This document shows, piece by piece, positions 1-9,900 of a stretch of 64,000 bases of DNA. The position numbers and the translations under genes are program-made. The stretch's first letter is position 1, and the number at the start of each line of letters is the position of its first letter. This stretch comes from Alphaproteobacteria bacterium (lineage in GTDB: Bacteria > Pseudomonadota > Alphaproteobacteria > Bin95): NCBI GenBank assembly GCA_965205265.1, contig CBDBGH010000003.1:1-64000 (forward strand), read 5' to 3'. Under the pieces are notes generated by a model, which was given only the letters and a program-made list of their open reading frames with translations, was not told where the DNA came from and ran no database searches.

Positions 1-178
1 TCAACGCCCCCTCCGTCATACTCGGACTTGTTCCGGGTATCTCTCTCCACCGCTGCCGCCGGACGGCCGCATGGATACCCGGAACAAGTCCGGGTATGAC
101 GATATGGGGGCGGGTTGGACGCCGGAGAGAAGGTGCGAAGCCTCCCAAACCTGTTGTCAACCTATCCATATAAGCCCC
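1..178. mobile_element. MITE with IS1595-like ends, cut by the window edge; inverted copy of 42319-42496
   Basis: 1-178 reads as the reverse complement of 42319-42496. It ends in the terminal repeat GTCAACCTATCCATATAAGCCCC, after which the identity stops. Confidence 0.85.
15..100. repeat. REP-like palindrome doublet (family 1)
   Basis: GTCATACTCGGACTTGTTCCGGGTATC ... GATACCCGGAACAAGTCCGGGTATGAC form an inverted pair; the same unit occurs at 42397-42482, 51717-52119 and 51911-51996. Confidence 0.9.
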
Positions 179-232
179 AATCGAAGGTTGTCTCTGTCCG
201 ATCGGAAATATTTAAATAAATTCTCATTACTC

Positions 233-643
233 CTTGACATAAGGGAAAATATGCTACAATAGCAGCAGAGAGGCGGCTCCCGGGGCCGCCTTTCGCTTTT
301 CTGCGCAGGAAAGCGGCTGGGGGCCGAAAAAACCCCGGCGGGAGGCGATGGGAGAAGTGCGTCCGCCGTCTCGCGCGCGCAATCAGGCGCACGAACCGCG
401 CCGGCGCGAAACGCCCGCCCGGCCGCGCACGGGCGCGCAGGCGATACGCGCGGAAAAGGGTCCCGCCGCAGGCCCGCGGCGGGAGCGGAACCGGATCGAA
501 AGGAAGGACCTGTGCCGAAGACAGACAGGCGACGGGACAAGGCGGAATGCCCGGAGCTCCTGCCCGAAACGACAGCGTCATGCCGGAACGGGCATCCGAA
601 TATGCGCTGTATGCATGAGGAACATGACACAACATGACATCTC
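233..643 (+). repeat. Dispersed non-coding element copy A (promoter-like site, hairpin, GC-rich unit, CATGACA x2)
   Basis: TTGACA 234-239, TGcTACAAT 252-260, hairpin 271-291 with T-rich tail, AACATGACACAACATGACAT 621-640; homologous to 42300-43156 on the minus strand. Confidence 0.7.
271..300 (+). terminator. Intrinsic terminator-like hairpin within element copy A
   Basis: AGGCGGCTCCCGGGGCCGCCT followed by TTCGCTTTT; identical hairpin at 43094-43114 on the minus strand. Confidence 0.55.
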
Positions 644-810
644 GTAACTGCCCAGTGGAGCGGGCCCCTGGGGTCGGACAGTTGGGTTGAAAAGCATTGA
701 CAGGTGTGAGGGCACCGGAAGGATAGAGCTCATGAGGAAGCACCGTACGAACCGTACATGCAGCATCGCCTTCAAGCGCCAGGTTGCCGAGGAGTATCTC
801 GCCGGCGATA
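644..810 (+). mobile_element. IS3-family remnant (left end and first ~26 codons of orfA)
   Basis: GTAACTGCCC end-like sequence; ATG at 732 gives MRKHRTNRTCSIAFKRQVAEEYLAGD, resembling IS3 OrfA N-termini, then similarity stops. Confidence 0.6.
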
Positions 811-880
811 TCTCGTCCTTCTTCGCCGGCCTGCGCCAGAGCGCGGTCCGTTCGCCGGCGCGAAACAGGAGCGGAAACCG

Positions 881-1549
881 ATGACCTTCACCTGCATCGC
901 GCGCGATGCGGCCACGGGCGAGCTCGGCATCGCGACGGCGACGCGCTCGCTCGCCGTTGGCGTGCGCGTGCCGCACGTCTCGCGCCTCGGAGCGGTCGCC
1001 ATCATGGCGATTGCCGATTACCGCCTCGGCCGGCTGGCGCAGGACCTGCTGGCCAACGGGTGCCCCGCCCAGGCGGCGATCGACGCTCTCGTCGCGGCCG
1101 ATCCCTGGCCCGAATACCGGCAATTGGGGATTATCGATGCGGAAGGCCGGGTAGCGGCGCGCACCGGCAGGGAGAACCGGGACTTCGCCGGCCACCATAT
1201 GCGCGACGGGCTGGTCGCGCTCGGCAATGTGCTGACCGGCGAGCATGTGCTGGACGCCATAGAGGGAGGCTTTCAGGGCGGCTCGCTGGCGGAACGCCTG
1301 CTCGCCGCGCTGGAGGCGGGCCGCGACGCCGGCGGCCAGCATGGCGGGCAGAACTCCGCCGCCCTCGTCACCTGGGGCGGGCACGACTTCCCGCGCGTCG
1401 ATCTCAGGGTCGATATCCACGACGAGCCGGTGGGCGAGCTCAGGCGCGTGTTCGACGCCTGGACGCCCGCAGGCGACTACTACACGGAGCGGCAACTGGA
1501 CCCCCGCGTGCGCCCCCTGCACGAGACGCTGCCGGGCCGGGGTTACTGA
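881..1549 (+). CDS. DUF1028 family Ntn-hydrolase-like protein
   Basis: MTFTCIARDAATGELGIATATRSLAVG N-terminus, RQLGIID, SAAL and DLRVDIHDEPV motifs; AGGAG ribosome-binding site (RBS). Confidence 0.85.
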   Translation: MTFTCIARDAATGELGIATATRSLAVGVRVPHVSRLGAVAIMAIADYRLGRLAQDLLANGCPAQAAIDALVAADPWPEYRQLGIIDAEGRVAARTGRENRDFAGHHMRDGLVALGNVLTGEHVLDAIEGGFQGGSLAERLLAALEAGRDAGGQHGGQNSAALVTWGGHDFPRVDLRVDIHDEPVGELRRVFDAWTPAGDYYTERQLDPRVRPLHETLPGRGY

Positions 1550-3816
1550 CCCCGGTTGTTTCCTGCCGCGTGGGCGGCGAAAACGGCCATGTTGACGACC
1601 TCGGACACCTTGGCGCCCATCTGGACGATCTGGACCGGTTTGGAAAGCCCGAGCAGCACCGGGCCGATCACCGCCCCGCCGCCCAGCATCTGCAGCATCT
1701 TGGCCGAGATGTTGGCGGCGTGCAGGCTCGGCATGACGAGCACATTGGCGGGCCCGGAAAGACGCGCGAAGGGATAGAGCTGGCGCATCAGTTCCTCGTC
1801 GAGCGCGGCGTCCGCCGACATCTCGCCCTCATATTCGAAATCGACGCTGCGGGCGTCGAGCACGGATACCGCCTCGCGCACATGGGCGGCCTCGCCGAAG
1901 GGCGGGTTGCCGAAATTGGAGAAGGAGAGCAGGGCGACGCGCGGCTCCGCGCCCATATTGCGCGCCATGCCGGCCGCCGCCGTCGCGATGTCGGCAAGCT
2001 GCTCCGGCCCGGGCCGCTCGTTCACCGTGGTATCGGCCACGAAGACGGTCTGGTTGCGGCTCACATAGAGCGTCACGCCGCAGGGCGTCGAATCGGCAAC
2101 CGGCGGCAGCACGTGGCGCACATCCCCGAAACTCACCTGGAAGGACCGGGTGAGGCCCGTCACCATGGCGTCGGCGGCTCCCGCCGCCACCATGCAGGCG
2201 GCAAAGCAATTACGGTCCTGGTGCACCATGCGCTGTACGTCGCGCTGCAGGTAGCCCCTGCGCTGCAGCCGCTCGTAAAGCATGGCGATGTATTGCGCAT
2301 TGTCTTCCGAGAGGGCGGCGTTGTGGATTTCCAGCGGCTCGCCGGAGGCGATGCCGAGCCGCTCCATCTGGGCCTTGACGATTCTCTCCCGCCCGACCAG
2401 CACCGGCGTGCCGAAACCCTGCCCGCGGAAGGCGAGCGCGGCGCGGATGGCGCGCTCTTCCTCGCCCTCCGCGAACACCACGCGGCGCGGCGCGGCCTGC
2501 ACCTCGGCATAGATGCGCTGGAGGCTGCCCGAGGTGGAATCGAGGCGGGCGGCGAGCGCGGCCCGGTAGGCGGGCCAGTCCTCGATCGGCTTCTGCGCGA
2601 CGCCGGTGTCGATGGCGGCGCGCGCCACCGCCTCCGGCACATTGACGATCAGGCGCGGATCGAAGGGCACGGGAATGACGTAGTCGGGGCCGTATTGCAG
2701 CCGCTTGCCGGGATAGGCTGCCGCCGCTTCGTCGGGCACGTCCTCGCGTGCGAGCGCCGCCAGCGCATCGGCGGCGGCGAGCTTCATCGCGTCGTTGACG
2801 GTCGTGGCGCGCACGTCCAGCGCGCCCCGGAAGATGTAGGGGAAGCCCAGCACATTGTTGACCTGGTTCGGGTAGTCCGAGCGCCCGGTGCAGACGATGG
2901 CGTCGCCGCGGACCTCGCGCACTTCTTCCGGCGTGATTTCCGGGTCGGGATTGGCGAGTGCGAAGACGATGGGCTTCTCCGCCATCGACGCGATCATCTC
3001 GCGCGTGAAGGCGCCCTTGACCGAGAGGCCGAAGGCGATGTCGGCGCCCTTCATCGCTTCTTCGAGCGTGCGCATCGGCGTCTCGACCGCATGGGCGGAC
3101 TTCCACTGGTTCATGCCCTCGGCGCGGCCCCGGTAGATGACGCCGCGCGTGTCGCAGAGCACGACATTCTCCGCCGGCAGGCCGAGCGCCTTGAACAGGT
3201 CCACGCAGGCAATGCCGGAGGCGCCCGCGCCGTTCACCACCATACGGCAGTCCTGGATGCGCCGGCCGGTCAGGTGGAGCGCGTTGATGAGGCCGGCGGC
3301 GGAGATGATCGCCGTGCCGTGCTGGTCGTCGTGGAAGACCGGGATGTCGAGCAGTTCGCGCAGGCGCTCCTCGACGATGAAGCATTCCGGGGCCTTGATG
3401 TCTTCCAGGTTGATGCCGCCGAAGCTCTTGCCGAGATAGCGCACACATTCGATGAAGGCGTCCACGTCCTCCGTGTCCACCTCCAGGTCGATGCCGTCCA
3501 CATCGGCGAAGCGCTTGAAGAGGACCGCCTTTCCTTCCATGACCGGCTTGGAGGCGAGCGCGCCGATATTGCCGAGGCCGAGCACGGCGGTGCCGTTAGA
3601 GATCACGGCCACCATGTTGCCCTTGGCGGTGTAGTCGTAGGCGAGGCCCGGGTCCTTCTCGATCTCGAGGCAGGGCGCGGCCACGCCCGGCGAATAAGCG
3701 AGCGAGAGCTGGTACTGGGTGGTGAGCGGCTTGGTCGGCGTCACCTCAACCTTGCCGGGCCGCCCGGCGGCGTGCATCCGCAGCGCCTCGCGCCCGAGCG
3801 TGTCGTTGTCAACCAT
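1543..3816 (-). CDS. maeB: NADP-dependent malic enzyme with PTA-like C-terminal domain
   Basis: LSLAYSPGVA, SNGTAVLGLG, GGINLEDIK, FHDDQHGTA, GRSDYPNQVNN; C-terminal VVFAEGEE domain. Confidence 0.95.
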   Translation of the reverse strand: MVDNDTLGREALRMHAAGRPGKVEVTPTKPLTTQYQLSLAYSPGVAAPCLEIEKDPGLAYDYTAKGNMVAVISNGTAVLGLGNIGALASKPVMEGKAVLFKRFADVDGIDLEVDTEDVDAFIECVRYLGKSFGGINLEDIKAPECFIVEERLRELLDIPVFHDDQHGTAIISAAGLINALHLTGRRIQDCRMVVNGAGASGIACVDLFKALGLPAENVVLCDTRGVIYRGRAEGMNQWKSAHAVETPMRTLEEAMKGADIAFGLSVKGAFTREMIASMAEKPIVFALANPDPEITPEEVREVRGDAIVCTGRSDYPNQVNNVLGFPYIFRGALDVRATTVNDAMKLAAADALAALAREDVPDEAAAAYPGKRLQYGPDYVIPVPFDPRLIVNVPEAVARAAIDTGVAQKPIEDWPAYRAALAARLDSTSGSLQRIYAEVQAAPRRVVFAEGEEERAIRAALAFRGQGFGTPVLVGRERIVKAQMERLGIASGEPLEIHNAALSEDNAQYIAMLYERLQRRGYLQRDVQRMVHQDRNCFAACMVAAGAADAMVTGLTRSFQVSFGDVRHVLPPVADSTPCGVTLYVSRNQTVFVADTTVNERPGPEQLADIATAAAGMARNMGAEPRVALLSFSNFGNPPFGEAAHVREAVSVLDARSVDFEYEGEMSADAALDEELMRQLYPFARLSGPANVLVMPSLHAANISAKMLQMLGGGAVIGPVLLGLSKPVQIVQMGAKVSEVVNMAVFAAHAAGNNRGQ

Positions 3817-3924
3817 CGCGCTTGCCCCCGGCCTTCCGGCTCTTCGTCGCTCGGCGAATCCTAGTCCGGCAGCGGACCTCTTGCCAATGCCGCCCTGGCC
3901 CGGCCCAAGGACCGGGGGCGCCGC

Positions 3925-4719
3925 CTATTCGCTGACCCGGAAGACGGGGTCGCGGCCGAGGGGCGCGCCGCTGAGATAGCGGGTGAGGAACGCCGCGCAG
4001 AATTCGAGCTCCTCCGGCGGCACGGCGGGATGCAGGCCGGGATTGGCGTGGAGGCGCTTGTCGGCCGAACCGAGCGCGTCGAACAGGGCGAGGCACTGCT
4101 CGCGGGTGAAGAGCTCGTCCTCGAGCTGCCAGATGAACAGCACGGGGCAGGAGATGACCCGGGCCGCCGCCTCGATGACCGGCTTGTAGTGGGCCGGCTC
4201 GGAAACGAGGCCCATCAGCCCCAGCACCGCCACCGAGATGCGCGGCTCGGCCGCAACGAAGGGCGCGCCGTAGATCGTGCCCATCGACAGGCCCCAATAG
4301 CCGACGGGGCCTGCGCCGACCTCTTCCAGCCCGGAGACCGCCTCCAGCGCAAGCCGCCAGTCGCGCACCATGTCGCCGGCCGTGCCCTCGCGCTGCCATT
4401 CCGGCCAGAAGGAGGCGCGCCCGCCGGGTCCGGTCTGGCGGCGGCCGTGGACCGGCCCGTCGAGCGAGAGCCCGAAATAGCCTTGCTCGCGGCAGAGGCC
4501 GGCGGCGATGTCCGGGATCGGGCGCTGGTGCCGGTCGCCGGAGGCGCCGTGGCCGTAGCAGACGAGCGGCGCGCCGGGCTTCGAACCGTCGCCGGACCAG
4601 AGCACTCCCGTCACCGGGCGCGCGCTCGAATGGATAGTGAATTCGCGCGCCGAGGCGCCGTCATGCCGCTCCGTTTCGTGCCATTCGAGCCTGTTGCCGG
4701 TCGCAGTCATGGGGTGCAT
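3925..4719 (-). CDS. Alpha/beta hydrolase (dienelactone hydrolase-like)
   Basis: GHGAS, nucleophile elbow GYWGLSMG, Asp (EDEL) and His (NPGLH); start codon uncertain (4719 or 4710). Confidence 0.8.
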   Translation of the reverse strand: MHPMTATGNRLEWHETERHDGASAREFTIHSSARPVTGVLWSGDGSKPGAPLVCYGHGASGDRHQRPIPDIAAGLCREQGYFGLSLDGPVHGRRQTGPGGRASFWPEWQREGTAGDMVRDWRLALEAVSGLEEVGAGPVGYWGLSMGTIYGAPFVAAEPRISVAVLGLMGLVSEPAHYKPVIEAAARVISCPVLFIWQLEDELFTREQCLALFDALGSADKRLHANPGLHPAVPPEELEFCAAFLTRYLSGAPLGRDPVFRVSE

Positions 4720-4821
4720 CCTGAAGCCGTGGCGGGGGTTCGGCGGAGTGTTCGCCCGCCGGCCTTCCGGGTCAAGAAGGCCGCCTCGGGATTTTCACGG
4801 CGGCAGAGGGGGAGCATATCC

Positions 4822-5838
4822 GTGACACTGCAATTCGGCCTTCGCGTGCCCACGGTGGGCGCGCCCCGGGATACCGCCGCCTATGCCGCCCGTGTCGAGG
4901 CCGCCGGCTTCGACTTCATGTGGGTGCCGGACACGCCGCTGCTCGCCGGGCGCTGGCGGGATGTCTATATGCATCTGGGCGCGGCGGCCGGGAGTACGGA
5001 GCGCCTGCGGCTCGGCCCCGGCGTTACCAACCCGTTGACCCGCCATCCGCTGACCACGGCAAGCGCCATCGCGACCCTGGATGACGCCTCCGGCGGCCGG
5101 GCGGATCTGGTGGCGGGCACGGGCTACAGTTCCGCCTACATCATCGGGCGCAAGGCGGCGACCCTGGCCGATATGCGAGACGCGACGGCGCTCTGGCGCG
5201 GCCTGTTAAGCGGCCGGCCGACCGATCCGGGCGGCTCGGAGACCGTGCTCGACCCGGCCTACGGCCATGTGCCCATCCTGCTCGCCGCGACCGGCCCGCG
5301 CATGCTGGCGCTTGCGGGCGAAATCGCCGACGGCGTGCTCATCCATGTGGGCGCCGCGCCGGAGGCCGTCGCCTGGGCGCTGGAGCGGATCGACGCCGGC
5401 ATGGCGGCCGCGGGCCGGTCGAGAGAGGAGGTCCGGCGCATCGTCGTGGTCACGGCCTGCATCGACGACGACCGCGAGCGCGCCATCGACCGTATGCGCC
5501 CCTGTGCGGCGGGCCTCTGCCGGCATCGCCATGCGGGCGTCTTCTTCCCCGGCATCGGGATACCGGCCCGGCCGGCGGACTATGCGGAGCCCTATCCGGA
5601 CCTCGGCCATGCGGTGGACTGGGACGAGGCGAAGCGGGTGACGGCCTATGTGCCCGACGCCGCGGTGGAAGCCTGCGTCGCGCTCGGCTCCGCCGACGAG
5701 GTTGCCGAACGCGCGCGGGCGCTGGCGGCGCTCGACATAGACGCGATCTGGTGGCGCGACGAGGCGACCTGGACCCGGCCCGACCGGCTGATGGAGCGCC
5801 TCGCGGCCGAAGTGATGCCGCACTTCCGGGCGGGCTGA
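4822..5838 (+). CDS. LLM-class flavin/F420-dependent oxidoreductase (Mer-like)
   Basis: GFDFMWVPD, LGPGVTNPLTRHP, AATGPRMLALAGEIADG; GTG start after GGAG. Confidence 0.85.
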   Translation: MTLQFGLRVPTVGAPRDTAAYAARVEAAGFDFMWVPDTPLLAGRWRDVYMHLGAAAGSTERLRLGPGVTNPLTRHPLTTASAIATLDDASGGRADLVAGTGYSSAYIIGRKAATLADMRDATALWRGLLSGRPTDPGGSETVLDPAYGHVPILLAATGPRMLALAGEIADGVLIHVGAAPEAVAWALERIDAGMAAAGRSREEVRRIVVVTACIDDDRERAIDRMRPCAAGLCRHRHAGVFFPGIGIPARPADYAEPYPDLGHAVDWDEAKRVTAYVPDAAVEACVALGSADEVAERARALAALDIDAIWWRDEATWTRPDRLMERLAAEVMPHFRAG

Positions 5839-5921
5839 CGCGAAGCGCCCGCCTGGCTTGCCGCCCGCCCGCGCGCCGTCCAGACTGCCGGGGCGATGAA
5901 CGGCCGGAGAGGAGAGAGGGC

Positions 5922-6449
5922 ATGGCGGACGGCTTCACGATCACGAAATTCAGGGATGTCGCGGACGGGCTGCAGGCGGGCCAGTTCGCCGTGGGCGAGC
6001 GGCGCAAGGCAGGCAGCCTCGACGATCTCGACCCCGTCCACAGGGATCTGCTCGACCGGCCGATCACGGTCTCGCTCGGCGTGATGACGCCGGACGGGCG
6101 TATCGGGCTCACGCCGATGTGGTTCGACTACGAGGGCGACAAGATCCTGGTGAACACCGCGTCCCACCGCTCCAAATGCGGCTGGATACGCGCCAATCCC
6201 GAAATGACGGTGCTCATCGTCAACCCCGACAACCCCTATCACTGGGTGCAGATCCGCTGCACGGTGGAAGAGGAGCTGCGGGAATGGGAAGAGGGCGGCG
6301 AGCGCGTCACCCGGCAGCTCGACAAAATCTGGTCGAAATATACCGGCGCCGAGCCGCCCTACGGGCTGCGCGACCCCGAGATCGACGAGAAGCGGGTGCT
6401 GTTCGTCTGCCGGATCGACCGGATCGCCACCTTCGGCAGGCCCGCCTGA
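5922..6449 (+). CDS. Pyridoxamine 5'-phosphate oxidase-like (PPOX-class) protein
   Basis: PDGRIGLTPMWF, ILVNT...K..IRANP, NPYHWVQIR, KRVLF motifs. Confidence 0.8.
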   Translation: MADGFTITKFRDVADGLQAGQFAVGERRKAGSLDDLDPVHRDLLDRPITVSLGVMTPDGRIGLTPMWFDYEGDKILVNTASHRSKCGWIRANPEMTVLIVNPDNPYHWVQIRCTVEEELREWEEGGERVTRQLDKIWSKYTGAEPPYGLRDPEIDEKRVLFVCRIDRIATFGRPA

Positions 6450-6468
6450 CCGCGCTCGGGCAGTCGAA

Positions 6469-6942
6469 ATGACGAAACTGCGAGGCCCGGACCGTGTGAA
6501 AGCCGCCTTGGAGGCGCTTTCGCTCGATTGCGAGGTGCTGACCCTGCCCGACTCGACCCGGACGGCCGCAGAGGCGGCGGAGGCGGTCGGCTGCGCGGTG
6601 GGCGAGATTGCGAAGTCGCTGGTCTTCCGCGCCGGGGACCGCGCCGTGGTCGCTGTCGTCAGCGGCGGCGACCGGATCGACACGGCCAGGCTCGGGCAAG
6701 CCGTCGGCACGGAGGTCGGCCGGGCGGATGCCGGGTTCGTGCGCGCCGCGACCGGATTCTCGATCGGCGGCGTGCCTCCTCTCGGCCATGCGGGGCCCGT
6801 CGCCCTGTTCATGGACAGGGGCCTCTTCCGGTTCGCGCGGGTCTGGGCGGCGGCGGGCAGCCCGTTTTCGGTGTTCGCCATCGAGCCGGCGCGGTTGCGC
6901 GATGCCAGCGGCGCGACAGTCGCGGATATCAGGGTAGCGTGA
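6469..6942 (+). CDS. YbaK/EbsC family aminoacyl-tRNA deacylase
   Basis: TRTAAEAA, IAKSLVF, TGFSIGGVPPLGH, WAAAGS. Confidence 0.9.
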   Translation: MTKLRGPDRVKAALEALSLDCEVLTLPDSTRTAAEAAEAVGCAVGEIAKSLVFRAGDRAVVAVVSGGDRIDTARLGQAVGTEVGRADAGFVRAATGFSIGGVPPLGHAGPVALFMDRGLFRFARVWAAAGSPFSVFAIEPARLRDASGATVADIRVA

Positions 6943-6979
6943 GCCGCCGCGTTTCGGGCCGGGCGGGTCCGCAAGAGAT

Positions 6980-9900
6980 TCAGAACCGGAACTGCAAAGC
7001 GGCGGAGATGCGGCTTTCCGGGCCGCCGGTTCGCGGAGTGCGGCGCTCAGCGGCGAGTCTAAGCACGGGGCCCGCCAGCGGCCCCATGTCGAGCCCGAGC
7101 GTCAATTTGCGGTCGTTTGCGCCGGCGAGGCTGAGCGCCGCATACGGTTCGAACAGCGAACGGCGCAAGACGAAACGCCAGCCGGCCTTCAAGTCCAGGG
7201 CAGGCAGCGCCCTGCCGCCGCGTTTCGGGGCGTTGCGGGACCAAAGCCGTTCGGGTTTGCCGCTCCCGCCGGCCAGCGCCCCGTATGCCCCGGCCAGCGA
7301 CCATGACGGCCCGCCGCGGTCGGGGTCCGCCGGCTGCCGCACCGTGGCCGTCAGGCCGAATTCCCGATATTCGCGACCGGAATGCCAAACAAGGCCCCGT
7401 AACCGGATATCCGCGTGCCCGGACGAGGCCGGCAGCGGTGATCTGGCACCGCCCGACAGTTCGAGGCCGAGGCCCCGCACGCCGTCGCCGCCGCTGCGGC
7501 GCAGCGACAGTGACGTGTAGTAGGCGGCTTCTCCTTCCTCCAGCGCAGCCTTGACGCCGAGACTCTGGCGGTCTGTAGAGGCAGAGAGGGAGCCGATAGC
7601 CGTCCGCGCATCGCCCTTGGCTTCGAGTCGTGCAAATCCCGCGGCGCCGGCCGCTGATAGCTCCAGCCCACCGAATGCCGGCAGCGCGCTGCGGAAGCCG
7701 GCGGAGACGGTTGCCAGTTCGGCGTCTGCCGTCTCGACGCCCCGGCCGGCGGCCGCATTCCGGATGGTTCCCTGCCCGCCGCCGAGGGTTATCCAGACCG
7801 TTCTTCCATCCTCGAAATGCCATTGCAGATAGGGATGGACGCTGTCGAGGGCGGTCTCGACCGCGCCGGATGCAGCGCCGGTGCCGTATTCCAGGTCTCC
7901 CTCACTGCGGGCCAGCGCCGCTCCGAAAAGCCATCGCTTTCCCAGACGCATATCGAGCCCGAACCAGGTCGATGACAAACGGCCTCCGAAACGCGCCCCC
8001 GGCCCGGCCGAACCCTCGAACCGCCGCAACTCGCCGCGGTGCCAAAGCGACCATTGCGGAAGCCCGTCGTCCGCCGGGTCTGTGAGCGGAATCTGGAAGG
8101 CGCTTTTCCGGAGCGTCTCGCGAGCGTCCATGCCGACGGTTATCGCCTGCCGTCCAGCGGCTGCTGGCCTTTGCGCCGTTTCGTTGCGCGCAGGTGCGAA
8201 CAGCGGAATTTCATGCCCGGCCAGAACGACCTGCGCCGCCTCCGGATCGGCGGAGAACCGCTCGCCGACAACAATCTCCGCGCCCGCCGCCACATGGCCC
8301 GCAAGGCCCGCCATAAGGGCCTCGACCGTCGTCCGCTCCGCCTGTGTCGCCGCCGCCTTGGGCGTTGCGTAAGCGACATTCGATCCGTCGCTGCACTTGT
8401 CACCCGCAACCGTTCGAACTTGAAACGCGTGGGCAACTCCGTTGACAAGGCCCGGTACCGTGTGCCGGGTAGTCGCTGCGCTGCTGCCTGAAACGTCGAT
8501 CCAAGGCGGCCTGCGGCACGGATCCGATATGTTTTCCATCGGAGAATCGTCAATTCTGGGACTGCATATATCCTTGCCGTCGAGCCAACAGGCGTACTGC
8601 CAGCGGATGTTCGGATCGCGCGCGGCGTCCCATGTCAGCAGGACCTGCCCGTAACCGGGGATCGCCTTGAGGCCGGTCGGCTTTTTCGGCTTTGCGGGCT
8701 CGGGCGTCGCCATCGCCGTTTCCGAGGGCGGCCCGGGACCGTGCGTGTTCGTTGCGCGAACCTGAAAGAAATAGGTGACTCCGTTGGTCAGGCGGGTGAC
8801 GGTGTGGCCGGTAAATCCGTCGTCGCCGCCGGTTTGCGGCATATCGATCCAACCCCCGAACTCGCCGCCCTCGATCTTGTAGCGATGCTGCCAGCCGACA
8901 ATCGGGTTCTCCGGGCTTTGCCACCGCAACGCTACCTGTCCATCTCCGGCCGTAGCCGTAAAATTCGTCGGCTTTTCTGGTACTTCCTCCGGGCTGGCGA
9001 CCGCAACGGCCGACTCCTCGCTCACGCCGCTGGTATTGACGGCGCGCAGCTTGAAGGCATAGGAAACGCCGTTTTCCAAACCGCCGACGGGGTAGCGCAT
9101 TCTGCCGCTGCGGCTGACGGGCAGCGGTATGTGCGTCCAGTCTTCCTCGAAATCCCCGTCATCCTTCCTCCGGGTGTATTGGTAGCCGCTGATCGTATCG
9201 TCACCGGGGTCGTCCCATTCGAGTAGCACTTCCCCGTTTCCCGCCGTTGCCGTGAAGCCCGTTGGTTTGGCCGGAACGGCGAACGGGGTTGCCTCGGCCT
9301 CGTCCGACTCCAGGCCGGGTCCGCTGCTGTTGACCGCCCTGATGCGGAAGGTATGCGGCGCGCCGTTTTCGAGTCCGACGATCCCGTGGCTTGTCGTTGT
9401 CGCCCCGCTGCCGTCGATATCGGTCCAGTCTCCGTAGCCGCTCGTCGTTCTGTAACGGTACTGCCAACCGGCGACCGTGGCGTCGCCCAGGGCCGTCCAT
9501 TCCAGCAGGATCGTCCCGTCGCCCGCTGCCGCCGTGAGGCCTGCCGGCTTTACGGGAACCGGCGGCAGAGTTGCGGCAATCTCGTCCGACTCGGCCCCCG
9601 GCCCGCTGGCGTTGTCCGCGCGGAGCTTGAATCGGTAAGATGCGCCGGTTTCGAGACCGGTTACCGTATGGCGTACGGTCGTCGCGGTGCTGCCGAGGAT
9701 GGCTGTCCAGTCCGCCTCGTATTCCCCATTCTCGGGCCGCTGGTTGTATTGCCAGCCGGTAATTGTCGCATCCGCCGGGTCGTTCCATTCCAGCACGACC
9801 TCTCCGCTGCCGGGCGTCGCCGTGAGGCCCGCCGGCTTGGCCGGGACGGCAAGTGGTGTTGCGGCAGTCTCTCCGGACGGCGCGCCGGGGCCGCTGCCGT

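Noticed and set aside
71-743. Short ORFs over the repeats here and at 42301-43178 and 51720-52170
   Set aside because: Translations of REP, MITE or element DNA (PGLVPG, CHEMSC-type peptides); no RBS or conserved frame.
784-3864. 1026-aa plus-strand ORF and other long ORFs (9353-13141, 40456-42234, 57086-60070)
   Set aside because: Antisense shadows of real genes, expected from high-GC codon bias; no motifs.
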